From positions 66,544,544-66,608,543 of the forward strand of contig NC_068992.1 in the NCBI RefSeq assembly GCF_001194135.2: a stretch of DNA of 64,000 nt, written 5' to 3'. Source of the DNA: Octopus bimaculoides. Its lineage: Eukaryota. Below, piece after piece: positions 40,701 to 53,300 of this stretch. Each line of letters begins with the position of its first letter. The first letter of the stretch is position 1. A model generated the notes under the pieces. That model worked only from the letters and a program-made list of their open reading frames with translations. It did not search any database and was not told where the DNA came from. Made by a program: the position numbers and the translations under genes.

Positions 40701-43700
40701 CTGATGATGATGACGACGATGACAATGTGTTTGTTCCTTGCCAAACAGACTACTGCCCCATGCCGACAACAGCCCCACCTCCTCCCCCTCCTCCCCCATC
40801 GCCACATCCATTTCCAGCGTCACCAGCATTGTCGTCATCAGCTTCACCAACACCACCAACCTCCTTATCTCCTCCCATTTCAACCCATACCCTAGTCCCA
40901 CCCCTTCATGACTCTTCTTCTAGAGAAGCGTCTAGCATGATTTCAGGACAGTCTGGGTGTTCCACTTTCCCACGTAGGAGGTACCGTTTACAAGTGGTAC
41001 AGTATAATTTAGAACAGTTGGGATTCTATAACCATCAAGACCCATTTTGGTGTAAAACTGGGAATGTTTCGAGGTGGAAATACTCTGATAATGAAAGTTC
41101 CGAAGATCTCTCCCCAATGTCTGCCAACTACAAGACCTCCGACAGTGTCAGCTATGAAGATCTGCTCGAATTTGCTTTAGATAGGTAAACAACAAGAGAA
41201 TCTTTGGCTTTGGAAGATTTTTTTTCTTTTAATCAGTTTCTTACTTCTTCCAGTCTTTGCTAATTGTTAATGATTCTTTTAAAAACAACAACAAAAAAAG
41301 CACAAGTTATAATTATTTTGCTATGTTTGTTAGGGAAAAGTATTAAAAAGTTCTTTGGTTTTCACATCCTTATGTTTCAATTTAAGAACAAGGTTTATAT
41401 TAAAACAAGTTTATTTAACGTTTCCATCACTTTGGAGATCTTTAAAGCTTTTGGGTTCAGTGATTTTTAACAGAGAAACTGAATGTAGAATTTCAAATTG
41501 TTTGCACACACACACACACTACACACTAGTTAAGTTTGTGTATGTATGTATATATATGTGTGTGCACACACATTAGTTAACTAATATATGTATAGATAAG
41601 TGTATGTGTATATATATGAGTAAATGTAAGGATAAGCAAGTTAGACGGGTCAATATACAAATTAATATATTTAATAGAAAAAATTTATATTTGCTTAGAT
41701 ACAAAAATGTCCGATCTTACACAGAATAGAAATGATATCAAGAATTAAAGAAAAGTGTTACAAATCCAATTTAACTCAGCCCCTTTAATTCTTGATATCA
41801 TTTCTATTCTGTGTAAGATCGGACCTTTTCGTATCTAAGCAAATATACATTTTTTTCTATTAAATGCATTTAATGGTTTTTGTATATCAACTTGCCTGTC
41901 CCTCCTACATTTACTCCTCTACCCACTCATGTTTAAATATCTTGAGCATTACTAAGTGTATTCTATACGGAGAATATTCAATTCTCATCTATGAACTATT
42001 TTTATAGGTAAATATACGTGCGTGTGTGTGTGTGTGTGTGACTAAGAAAAACTTAGTTAACTTTATGTAGCTTTGTATTTCCTTGATATGGAACTAATTA
42101 CATACACACAGTTATCTATATTTTAAGTAAATGCGGACAATTATCTGTTGGTTAATTAGCACACATGCACATTTAAATCATTTATGTCAGAAAACACCCA
42201 ACTGGTGTGGTAGGATTTCATCAGTATTTTCAGGAACAATTCTTGGAATATAAATAGTTTCTTTAATTTGTTTCCATTACTATGGAACCTTTCTTGTTAA
42301 TCACTTCCATGATTCAATGTAAAATGAAATATTTTTAACAAAAAAATTAATTTCAATTTGCAATAGAATAATTGAGAAACAAAAATTTGAAAAAAAAAAG
42401 ACCCCAAATATTGTTCTAATTCCTAGTTCAACATTGCATTTCATTTTTCTTCCTTTTTCGATTCTTCAGGTAGAAACTGAAATTGGTTCCTGAATTGATT
42501 TCAGTCATCATTAATATTATTTTTATTATTAACTATTTTATTTTGTTAATTTAAACTAAGAAAATGTCTGAACTAGTTTCTCTCTGTTTTTATTAAGTTT
42601 TGAGGAACTGTTATTAGGTATTCTGCAGTTAGTATTAATAGTTTTTATAGATTCATTATTGGATATTGTATATTCTTTTGTCTCTTGTTATGTCGGTTGT
42701 TGATAGAATATTTAGATTCGTCTAGATGTTGTTGGTTTTTGAATTTCCTAATGAAACTTTTAAATGTCAAATTAGAATTATCAATTTAGTTTGAAATAAG
42801 AATATTTGAACGTTTACTCCCATTGTGTTTTGGTGGCAGATTTAAGGTGATTTAGCTCCCCTATGTATTTTTGTTGTGCCCCACATTTACGATCGTCTCA
42901 GATGGTTTTCTTGTTGTAATCAGAGTTGTGGATAGTATAATTTGATTGTTAAATTTCACATTGTTGCACTTCCTGGCTTAAACACTTCTGCAATATAATA
43001 ATATGCATAGTTAGTGCACATTGCCTGGTTAGGAATGCAGGTTTACTAGCGTATATGGTACGTGGTGGTATGGACACCACAACTAGAAACAGTTATAAAT
43101 TGTATAGCATCTATTAACTATTACAAAATGGTGTGTGTATGTGTGTGTGTGTCGTTGCTTTAGAGTTCACTTTTCCATGCTTGGATTGGGCAGACAAAAT
43201 TTGTTGAAGCAGCATTTCTACAGCTGGATGCGCTTCCTATCATCAACCGTCACCTCTTTCCAGGCAGCTTCCTATTTCCCTTTGGCTGGACACATTTAAT
43301 AGAAGACTAGACAATGAAGGACATTGCTTGTTTGACATTGTGATACTCATTTACAACTACCATGCAATGTTAACACAAGGAGTTTCACACAAAACACACA
43401 CACTCTGTACACATTTGTGTGTGTGTGTATGTGTATATCTGTGTGTGCACGCGCGCACACGCACAAACACTCACTCTACAAGAGAGTGACATACTTTTTA
43501 TAGAGATATTGTAGAATATTGTAAGCACACAGAGTTTAGGACTTCCACTGTTCACCGTTATATTAGAAGCACATAACATAGTTTGATCTCTGTTGAATAT
43601 AGAATATCTAACTCTGCAATATGTATTGATTGTTGATCACACCATATTGTTAATATTTATTAACTGGTTATTTTGTATCACCAAGTTTTAGGAAGCTATC

Positions 43701-46700
43701 CTTCGTCAACTTTGTATTGAGGAAATATTGTACTTCCATTCATTTGAAGTCTTTGAATTCTCTGGATTGGAATGGCACCATAATAGATATAAATAACAGC
43801 TCTTGAAGACCCTTATTAAACTGATCCATCGTCCTGGTGGTGGTAGTAATGGCGGTTACAGCAATGCAGGATGGTGGCTGGTGGCAGCTTCGGCGCAATA
43901 CACCCTACAATATATTGTTTTGGCATTTCTTCTTCACCTCTTCATTCACAACACCAATTTGCATGCATTCTAGTGCACACCTACACACCTTGCACACATT
44001 CTCTTTGTTGTTCTTTGTGTCTGCATGATTCTGGTTTTTGCATGAATTTTTGTTTTTCTCTTTTTAAACTTCAGTTTTTTTTTCATTTGATGAAAAGAAG
44101 AGTTTTTTGTTGTTTTCTCTGTTGTTGTTGTTGTTGTTGTTGTTTGTGGTATTGAACCGTCTTGTACTGATTGTCTTGGTTGTTCTTGTTTTGGTCAATT
44201 CTTCTTTCTCAAATCTAAAATTTTTCTTCAGCATGATGTTGTCAAGCCATGTCCTGCTGCATTTTATTTGCTTTGAGGTTAGTTGGCTTTCATAAATGTG
44301 TGTTTGGTTTGGAATGATATTGGTAAGTTTCTTGGATGCCAGCAGAATTTCTGTGAATACTTTAGATTTAGTTCCTTGTTTTTTACTGTGAGATCTGGAA
44401 TTTTTCTTTTCTGTGATAAATACTTTATTAAAAAAAAATCTACATACAAAAACAAAACCTTTGCTGTTGTTGACTGAATTTTGAAAAAAAATCTACAGGA
44501 ATAGCTTTTACTTGATTTCCCTCTGATTCCATTAAACCATGGAAATATTAAAGTGCAATTCGACTATGTGAAACTATTGACTCACAGTATTTGGGGGTGG
44601 GGGTATCAGAATTTTTTTTATTTTATAGGATTCATTAGAAAATTACTAAACCTAGAGGTTTTCCTTTCTGATTGGAAACCTCTACATTGCAGTTACATCG
44701 AGTTTTTAGGAAGAGGTAGAAAAATTACATAAATTCTTCCTTTTTATGAGCTGACTTAAGAATGGACAATAATTCACTTTACGTATGTGCATGTGGGTGT
44801 TTGTATGTGTGTGTGTGTATACTCACACACACACAGACGATGTGTGTGTATATTGGTTGGAGCATGGTATTTACTGTGTACGTTAATGTGATGATATCTC
44901 TTCATTCCTGGCTGACTGGAGCATGTTTTCCTTTGTCTTATGTCTTGATGGTTTCTACATCCTTTGTTGCTTGTGGAAGTAGTTGGAGCATGTGTCTTCA
45001 GCAGTTTTTTTAAAGTTGTTTTTTCTCTTTCATTTCTGATATCAATCTCCCATTTGTAAGTTAAGGGTGAGTTTTAAATATTTTTTCTGTTATTTTCCAC
45101 CCCGTGGCATTCTCATATATTCTATGTATGATTTTAGTATATTTGTGGTGTCTGGAACATGTTATTAATAATACCATTTTTGTCTTCCATCATTTTACAG
45201 GAACTATTTCTGTTCAGAGCATCACCATTTGATGGAACCATCTCCATGGTTACCAGCTAAATGGGTAATGGTCTGAAAAGTATATATATATATATATTTT
45301 TTTTTTCCATGATTAAAATTAATAAATATCAATTAATAAAGTTATGCTAAATTACTGTCATTTCCCAATGTCAAACAGATGTAATGTTTCAGGTAAAAGC
45401 AGCTGCAAAGAATTTCCTTAAATGTTTTTCTTGTTCTGAAAATCTGATTAAGTGTTCTGTCTAGATCTGTGTAAATAAGTTCTGAGGTTTACTTGAGTGG
45501 AAAGTAATATTTGTTTAGGGCTGTCTTTAAACAATAATTTCAAATTGATTCTGATTAATATTAACAAATGAATAGAAATCCAGATTAGTTTGTTTTTACA
45601 ATTCATATTAGACATAATTTTACAGCTTCAGAGATTCAATAGCCATTTTCCTATTCTAAGTAGCTCCAAAGAAATTTGTTTGTTTTGGCTGCTGTCATTT
45701 GAATATCTTATATACTTTGAAAACATAAACGTATACAGTAATGGTGGTCATTATTTGGATAATGTCAAATGTTCTTCTATCTTGGGGACTCTTTCTAATT
45801 TTAAAATAATTTTGTGATATTACTATTTTAATTAATAAGTTCCAAGTAAGTGGTAAACAAAAATATTTAAAATTGTATCAATAGTATCACTGTTGTGATG
45901 CATCAATTGTTAGAATTGGAAATAATTTTCTCTACAACCCATTGATACCTGCTTTTGAATAGTTTTAATTTGAGGAACCTGAAACGATGAAATTACAAAC
46001 TTATTCCTATGTAAAAAAAAAAAATTATTAAGTCTCTTTGACATTTTCAAGAATCATTTCTAATTCTTGCTTCCTAATTTGAGATTTTCCATCCAGTGTT
46101 TGTCTACAGAATCACTATCAGTGGGAAATGGTTTGTTTTTATTTCTTTGGATCAGGTTGGTTACCATTTCTATGCTAATGGCTAGTTCTGGGATAACCAG
46201 TTTGTTGTTAGGGTACCCCACAATATATATCTAAATTTTACATGCTTGTATAGTTATTGAGTTCAATTCCCAACCATGTGCTTTTGAGTTCAGTCCCAAT
46301 GTATGCTACCTTAGGCAAGTGTCTTACTATTATAGTCCTTGGTCAACGAAATCTTTGAATAGATTTGCTAAACAAAACCCAAAAGCAAGCCATTGCAAGC
46401 CTATGTGTGCACGCGCATTTGCATCCACAAAATCACCTTTATGAAATTTTGTTGTCTGTTCTCTTGTCAACAAATCATCTCACTTCACCCCTTTGAAGTT
46501 GCATGGGATACAATATCTCTCATTTGAAAAACCAAGTAAACATTAATGACAGGAAAGGCATCTGGCTACAAAACAAGGTCTCAGTAACTTACTCATCTAA
46601 CCCATGCAAGCATAGAAAAAACAAATCTGAAAAGAACACACTTGACTCGTCCCAATCACTTTGGTATCTTAAGATTTTAATGCAAAGATCATCTCAGATG

Positions 46701-49700
46701 AAATGTATTGGATCTTATTCAGTCTTTTGCCAAGTCAAATTACTATTTAACCCTAGGCCAAGCCTGATAAAGCAAATCTATGATCAGAGTTGTCCCACTT
46801 AGGCATATACTGTCTTTGTATTTTATGTCTTAATTCTTTTTTTTTTTTAAAGAAATGGTGAGGTATAATTTGCAATAACTTTGGCTGCTATTTCTAGATG
46901 TCTTCTAACTACATACAGGTTCTGTAGGGATATAAATTCATTGTATTATATACACGAGTCTTTTTTTATAGTGAAAGTCATTATGAATTGGTGTCTACAA
47001 AAAACTCTCTGTATTTAGTTGTATGTATGCGATTTATGTGAGTGCTATTAAATATTATGGTATGAATATAATTTGTAAAATTTCCAAATTTGTGTGAAAG
47101 TAAGGAAAATACAAAACAGAAAAGTCTATAACAGTTACAAAAATAGTGTTTGTTTCCATTTGTCATTTACATAGGTTGGAAGATGTAAATTTTGGCCTAA
47201 CTTTAATATTCTCAAATATCTTTTGTTGGGTCTTTCAATGTTTTTCTAAAATATCTGAGGTTCATGATTATTGGTTTTTGGTTAATTATGATGAAAGGAA
47301 TATGTAAGTGTTGCCGAGAAAGAAAATTAGGGAATCGAGGTTGGGATAATAATGGTATTGATAAATTAGAATAAGAACAGACAGAAAGTTATTGCTAGAT
47401 TTAATGAGCTGTAATAATACTGCATTGTTATTAATTAATAAGAGTTAATTAAGAATATAAGAAAATGATTAGAGAAAGATTAAAGTATTACTGAAATATA
47501 AACAGGTTTGTATAAGTGAAATAAGGTCTTATTCTTGAATTTGATAATTTCTAAAGACCTCCATGTTTGTTTTAAGGTTTTGTTTTTATTGATATATTTA
47601 ACATATTTTGATTTTTTTTGCCAATGAATTCCCTTTATGGAATTCTGTGCCCTTCTTCCTCTCTATATTTTGGTTATTACCATTCTGTTCCATTTGGTAG
47701 TTTTGGAAGAACCTGTCTTACCTCTGCTAGTCAATGAAATGAGGAAAAAAAAATAATCTGGTTAAAAACAAACAAAAAGATGCAACTAAATCCCTTCTTG
47801 TATTAATTAAAGTTAATTAGTTTTGTTTCTGGCTGTGGTAAGTATGTTTTCTAATTAGTATTGTGTGATTCCAAACAACATGGGGGTAGAAGCACTGTCC
47901 CCCCTTGGCCTCAGTAGTTGTAAGCAGGCACTGTTTTATCAGATTGACTTCTTGTGTTGTTTATTGACTTCATCTGTATTTTTTATTCTTTGAATTGTTT
48001 CCATGATTGGAGAGGAAGATGCTGTGGAAGTTTTGAGGCAAATAATTCGATGGAGGATGGGGGGTGAGGGTGGGGAGGACCAAAAAGCACGATACCATTG
48101 ATTCCATATGAGCACTGCTGACACTATATCTCAAGAATTTTGGTCTGGGATTCTATTTTTTTGCCAAAGTACTTTTAAGCATCAAGCATCATACCCCAGT
48201 CTCAGAATGTTTCTCTAAAATTATAAAATGGAATCAGTTCGCTTCCAATGACTGAATTATTTAACCAATAAAACTGACCATAATGTGGTACTGAGGGAGA
48301 TTACAGTTATAATTTGTTTTTATGTGATGGGTTAAAAGACAAGTGAAGGAACCAATGTTTGTTTTGAAGACATCACTAGTAAATCTCTGAGTGTTTCTGG
48401 TGCTTGGGAATCTGAAGGTGTGAATTGTATCTACCGCATCTTCCTCCCTAACAACTGATGAAAGCATGTTGTGTTGTGGGTCACCTACCAATCTAGATGT
48501 TAATTACAGGCAAACTCCTCTTCCACCGCAACAAGATTAGCCCCTGGTAAGACACCAATAATCTATCTTGCTATTTTTATTTATTTCTTTGCCACACTTT
48601 TATTATTTGGTGCATGGTCAGTCTTCTTGTTATTCTGACACAAGATTGGGGTGTGTTGGCAATAATAGAAAGGCCATAAGAAGTAGAGGGTGTCACAGTA
48701 CTTTAGTTGATTGTCTTCAACCTGTTGCTGTGCTACTGTTGCTCTGCATGCCCACATGTAAATATATTTATATATGTAGTCACATGTATATATATGTATG
48801 CATATACACACATGTGTATACATATATACATACACACATTATAGTTTGGTGCTATTGACTCCTGTTTCCATTTTGTTTAGAAACCTACCTCTCATGTTGT
48901 TTGCAGTCATGTCATTACTCCCCAATATGCTTATTTGTAGTCAACACACACTGCTAGTTGGAACCAACAATTATATTTTACAAGGCTTTTATGTTTTGTA
49001 TTTAAAAAAAAAAAACTTTTACCAGAAAGAAACTGATTCACTTTTTTTGGTTGATAATTATCAGCTTTCTTTTGAAAATTTCATTTATTTCCAAATATAG
49101 TTTGTCTTGTTTTAGTAATTGGTTTGTTGATATGGAGGAAAAAAACCGACAGAAAAAAAAACAAAAACACCCAAATTAAAACTGGTTTGTGCTTAAAGGA
49201 TCTCTGTTTTATTTTGGAATATTGTCACAGACTTTTATAAAGAATATTTATAAAAAAAATAACTAATAAAAAAAAAAAAACCTCAGAAAATCAAAAACAT
49301 TTATTCCTTCAACAACAAACATAACAGTATTTCCTCCAATATAGTTTAACTCTATAAAATAAAGGGTTAAGTTGATTTTAACTGGTGCTGACAAATTCTA
49401 TGACATTTATTAGAGATTAATATTTCAAAAGAAGCAGAATGAATATTGCTAATTCCCGTTTGGTAATTATTACCTATAAGTAAATTTTTGAGATAGGTTT
49501 TGATTTAAATATTTAGGAAATGTATATAGTTTTTATTTTTTTAATAGATTTAGCTTTGAAAATTGACTCTTTGATACTTTGCCTTTCATCCTTTTGGAGT
49601 TGATAAGAGCCAGTCAAGTACTGGAGTTGATGAATTGATTTATTCTCCTTAAATTGCAGGCCTTGTGCCAGAATTTGAAACCATTAATATCATCCTACCA

Positions 49701-50327
49701 AGGTCAGCTTTGCCCTTCATCCTTTTGCGNNNNNNNNNNNNNNNNNNNNNNAATAAGATAAGTACCAGTCAAGTACTGGGGTCAATGTAATTGACTAGAC
49801 CCTCCTTTCAACATCTGCTTGCCCTGTACCAACATTTGAAACCATTATTATTATTATTATTATCTTTCAGTGACCTCCTCTTCCTCCTCCTCCATTTAAA
49901 CACAACCATACCATTTTCCTCCAACTTCATTTCTTCCTTGTTGCACTGCCTATGTACTTTGTGTGACATTTCCACACATCCATCTTTTCAATATTCATCT
50001 CTGTTCTGTGTACCGTTGTTGTTGTTGTTGCTGCTACCTTTCATATTTATTTCATCTTGCCATCATCATTTCATGCTTCAGTAAATATATTTTGGAATGG
50101 AGTATTTTCTATCCATTTTTTTTTTTTTTTTTTGTTCTTAAACCTTCTAAACTTCGTAGAAAAACATTCACCTTCGATTGCAAGAGCTGATTCGAGAATC
50201 ACTAAAATATGTTCTTTTCTCTGAATTTAAAATGATTTTCTTTTTCTTGTTTCTTATCTCAATAGTTTAAAAATGTCCTATAAAATGTATATNNNNNNNN
50301 NNATGTATATCTACATCCTCATGGTCA

Positions 50328-50361
<34 letters not shown>

Positions 50362-53300
50362 GGTAATGGCTCATTTGGTGAGCATATTTAGTAATTGTTG
50401 AATTGGGAAAATGTAACAAGGCTGCTCCTCTAAAAGACAGGTACAACCCACTTTTGCCAGCTGAGTGGACTGGAGCAACATGAAATAAAGTGTCTTGCTT
50501 AAGGACACAACACACCACTGGGAGTTGATTGTAAGCCAAATATCGTAGCCACACACACATCTACATGTATCTTTGTGTCTGTGTTTGCTCCCCTGGCCCT
50601 GACAACCAGTGTTGGTGGGTTTATATCCCTGCAACTTAGCAGTTTGGCAAAAAGGGACTGATAGAATAAGTACCAGGCTTTAAAAAAGAAAAAAAAAAAG
50701 AAGTCCTGTGGTTGATTCATTCAACTAAAACTTCTTCAAGGTGGTTCCCCAGCATGGCTGCAGTTCAATGACTGAAACAAGGAAAAGATAAAAGATGTGT
50801 GTAATATTTTCCCCTTTTGATGAAATCGTACAGTTTCACTTGGTTATTATTGTAGATGTTTCTGTTCTGAATTAACAGGTAGGTCACATGTTTTACCCCA
50901 CACAATGCAGGATATAACAAAGGAAGTCTTGTTTATTTTTTCCCCTCTTTTAATGACAAATATGCTCCTAAGATATTCATTACAGCTCAGTTGACAGCTT
51001 AGACATACCAAAAGATAACCATTGTTATTACTCAATTCCACACAATGTTAGCAGGTCTACGAATAATCTTTCAGCTCTGGTAATGTCATCCCACCCAACT
51101 TGAAACTTTGATCTGATTAGAGTGAGGTGATGGGGTGGAGGAGTGTACATTCTGGGTGGGACAACATTGTGTCACTTGTAAAATAATAAATGTTTGTAAA
51201 CCTCTTGACTTTGTCAGTAATTGTTTGATAACAATTGTTATATGTTGGCATCTTTTGGCCCTTTTAACTTGTAATGAGTGTCTTAGCAGAATATTAACTG
51301 GTAATTAATTACATACTGACAATTATTGAGTTTCTGGATTCTGCTGACATTTTTACTTGGTTTAGTGAGGAAAATGACAACCACCTTACTAGTGTTTCAT
51401 GTGTGTGTGTTAGCATGCATATATAGAAAAGTGGATGTTAAATGGTGTGTGTAGTGCTAAATTTGATGTTTATTAGAAATTTAAGAAAAACAATGTACTT
51501 GCATCTAGTTACTCCGCACTGAACTCTAGTTGCCATATTGATTTCTAAAATATTGGGCTTAGATGACATTGATGAACCACTTCTTTCTTATGAGGTCCAT
51601 CTGGAGCTGCTCAATAATCATAATAATTCTTTCTACTCCAGGTACAAAAGGTGTGACATGTTTTAGGGAAGGGGGGGGGGGGCTAGTTGATTACATCCAC
51701 TCCAGTGCACAACCTGTACTTATTTCATTGACCCTGAAAGACAAAGTTGACCGTGACAGACTTTTGAACTCATGAAGTAAAGCTGGATGAAATGGTGCTA
51801 AGCATTTTTGTCCAACTATTTTCTGCCACAACCCGTATTCACTGGTTTTTCTAGTTAATTTGGCTTACTGCAGCAAGCACAATTGAAATACCTTGTCAGT
51901 GTAAGATTCCAACTTTGACCCCGTGTTCAATCAACCAGTTTTGTCATCATCTCTCAGCCAAATGCTCTGCATTTATTTCACAAATATTTATGAATGACTT
52001 TCAGTTTTTCTCTTAAGTGACACCTGCTGTTTATAGCATAATCTATTATGTGAAGTATTACTAAGTTGATAGTGGGGTAAAAAAAGATGAATGGCTTAAA
52101 TAGTTGAAGGAGTGAGTTGCAGGTTCATTGCTTTTAAACTGTTCCCTTATCACATTAAGACCAGATACAAAAATAACTTTATATTAGACCATCCTCTCTG
52201 CTCACAGTGTAGGGTTTCTGGCCTTGGTTGCTTGTGGTGTCCTTGTCGCTCTTGACATGGAATTCTCAAGTTGAGGAAAGCTCTTTTGAATTTAGTATTG
52301 CTATTAGTGACAGAAATAATAGCTTTCGGTGAAATATATTAGTTTCTCTTGCAGTGTTGGGGTATCACTTGTTTCTTAGTACTTCCCATTATATTTTAGA
52401 GTTGATTCAATCAATCTTCCTACCTTTTCTGGATATTCTCAATAGAAGAAACTTATGTATGCGAGTGTTTGTATTGGTTTCATCCATCCCAATGTCAGTT
52501 GAGGAAGCTTCTATTCAGAAAATGTCATAATTATGATCTTATTACTTATCAAATATTGAAAATTATATTGCTGTCAACAGACAAGTCTCTCTACAATTAG
52601 AAATTGATTTGTTATTGCTATAGAAAATATATTCTGCTGTGTTAGTCTTTCAATGCTGTAAATTGATCTCCACTGCTCTACCTTCCATTACCTTCTAAAA
52701 GTATGTTTTAAAGCTAGTTCCCATCGCTATCCAGTCCCTCTCTGAGTCAATCTAGAGAGACAATACAATGTGTCTCTCCTCTTTACAAGGACAACCTTTC
52801 TTGGCCACAAGCAAGTATAGTTTCTGTAGAGTTAGATCCATCAGAGATTTGCTCTCCTTTTTATGATGCATCAATAATTTCTCAGTTTTGTGAACATCAG
52901 TTAAAACAATGTCATTTCTTTATAGACCACCCACAATCTTTCCTTGTGTCTACTTTGTCCAGAACTTAACTGGGAAATTCTTAAAGTCCTCTTTACACTC
53001 ATTCAGTTCCCACAAAATGGCCATTGTGTTACCCTAGCGCTTCTTTGTGTGTATATCAATGTTTTTATTCTCTCTCTCTCTCTCTCTTACAAATGATATT
53101 AACCTTCATTTGTTCAATTTCTCAAATCTGTCATCTACTTGAAATCTAAACCCCTTCTCAACCTGTTCTGTTTCTGCCAATTAGTGACATAAAGCACTAA
53201 GCCTTCTTCAGCAGTCTTTTATTCTGTCTTCTCTGTTAAACCAAAACCCTCAGCGTTACAATTGCTTCACCTCACAATCTTACCTTTTTATAAAGCAAGG

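Noticed and set aside
38905-41117. Antisense and alternate-frame ORFs within exon 13
   Set aside because: They are shadows of a GC-rich, low-complexity coding exon.
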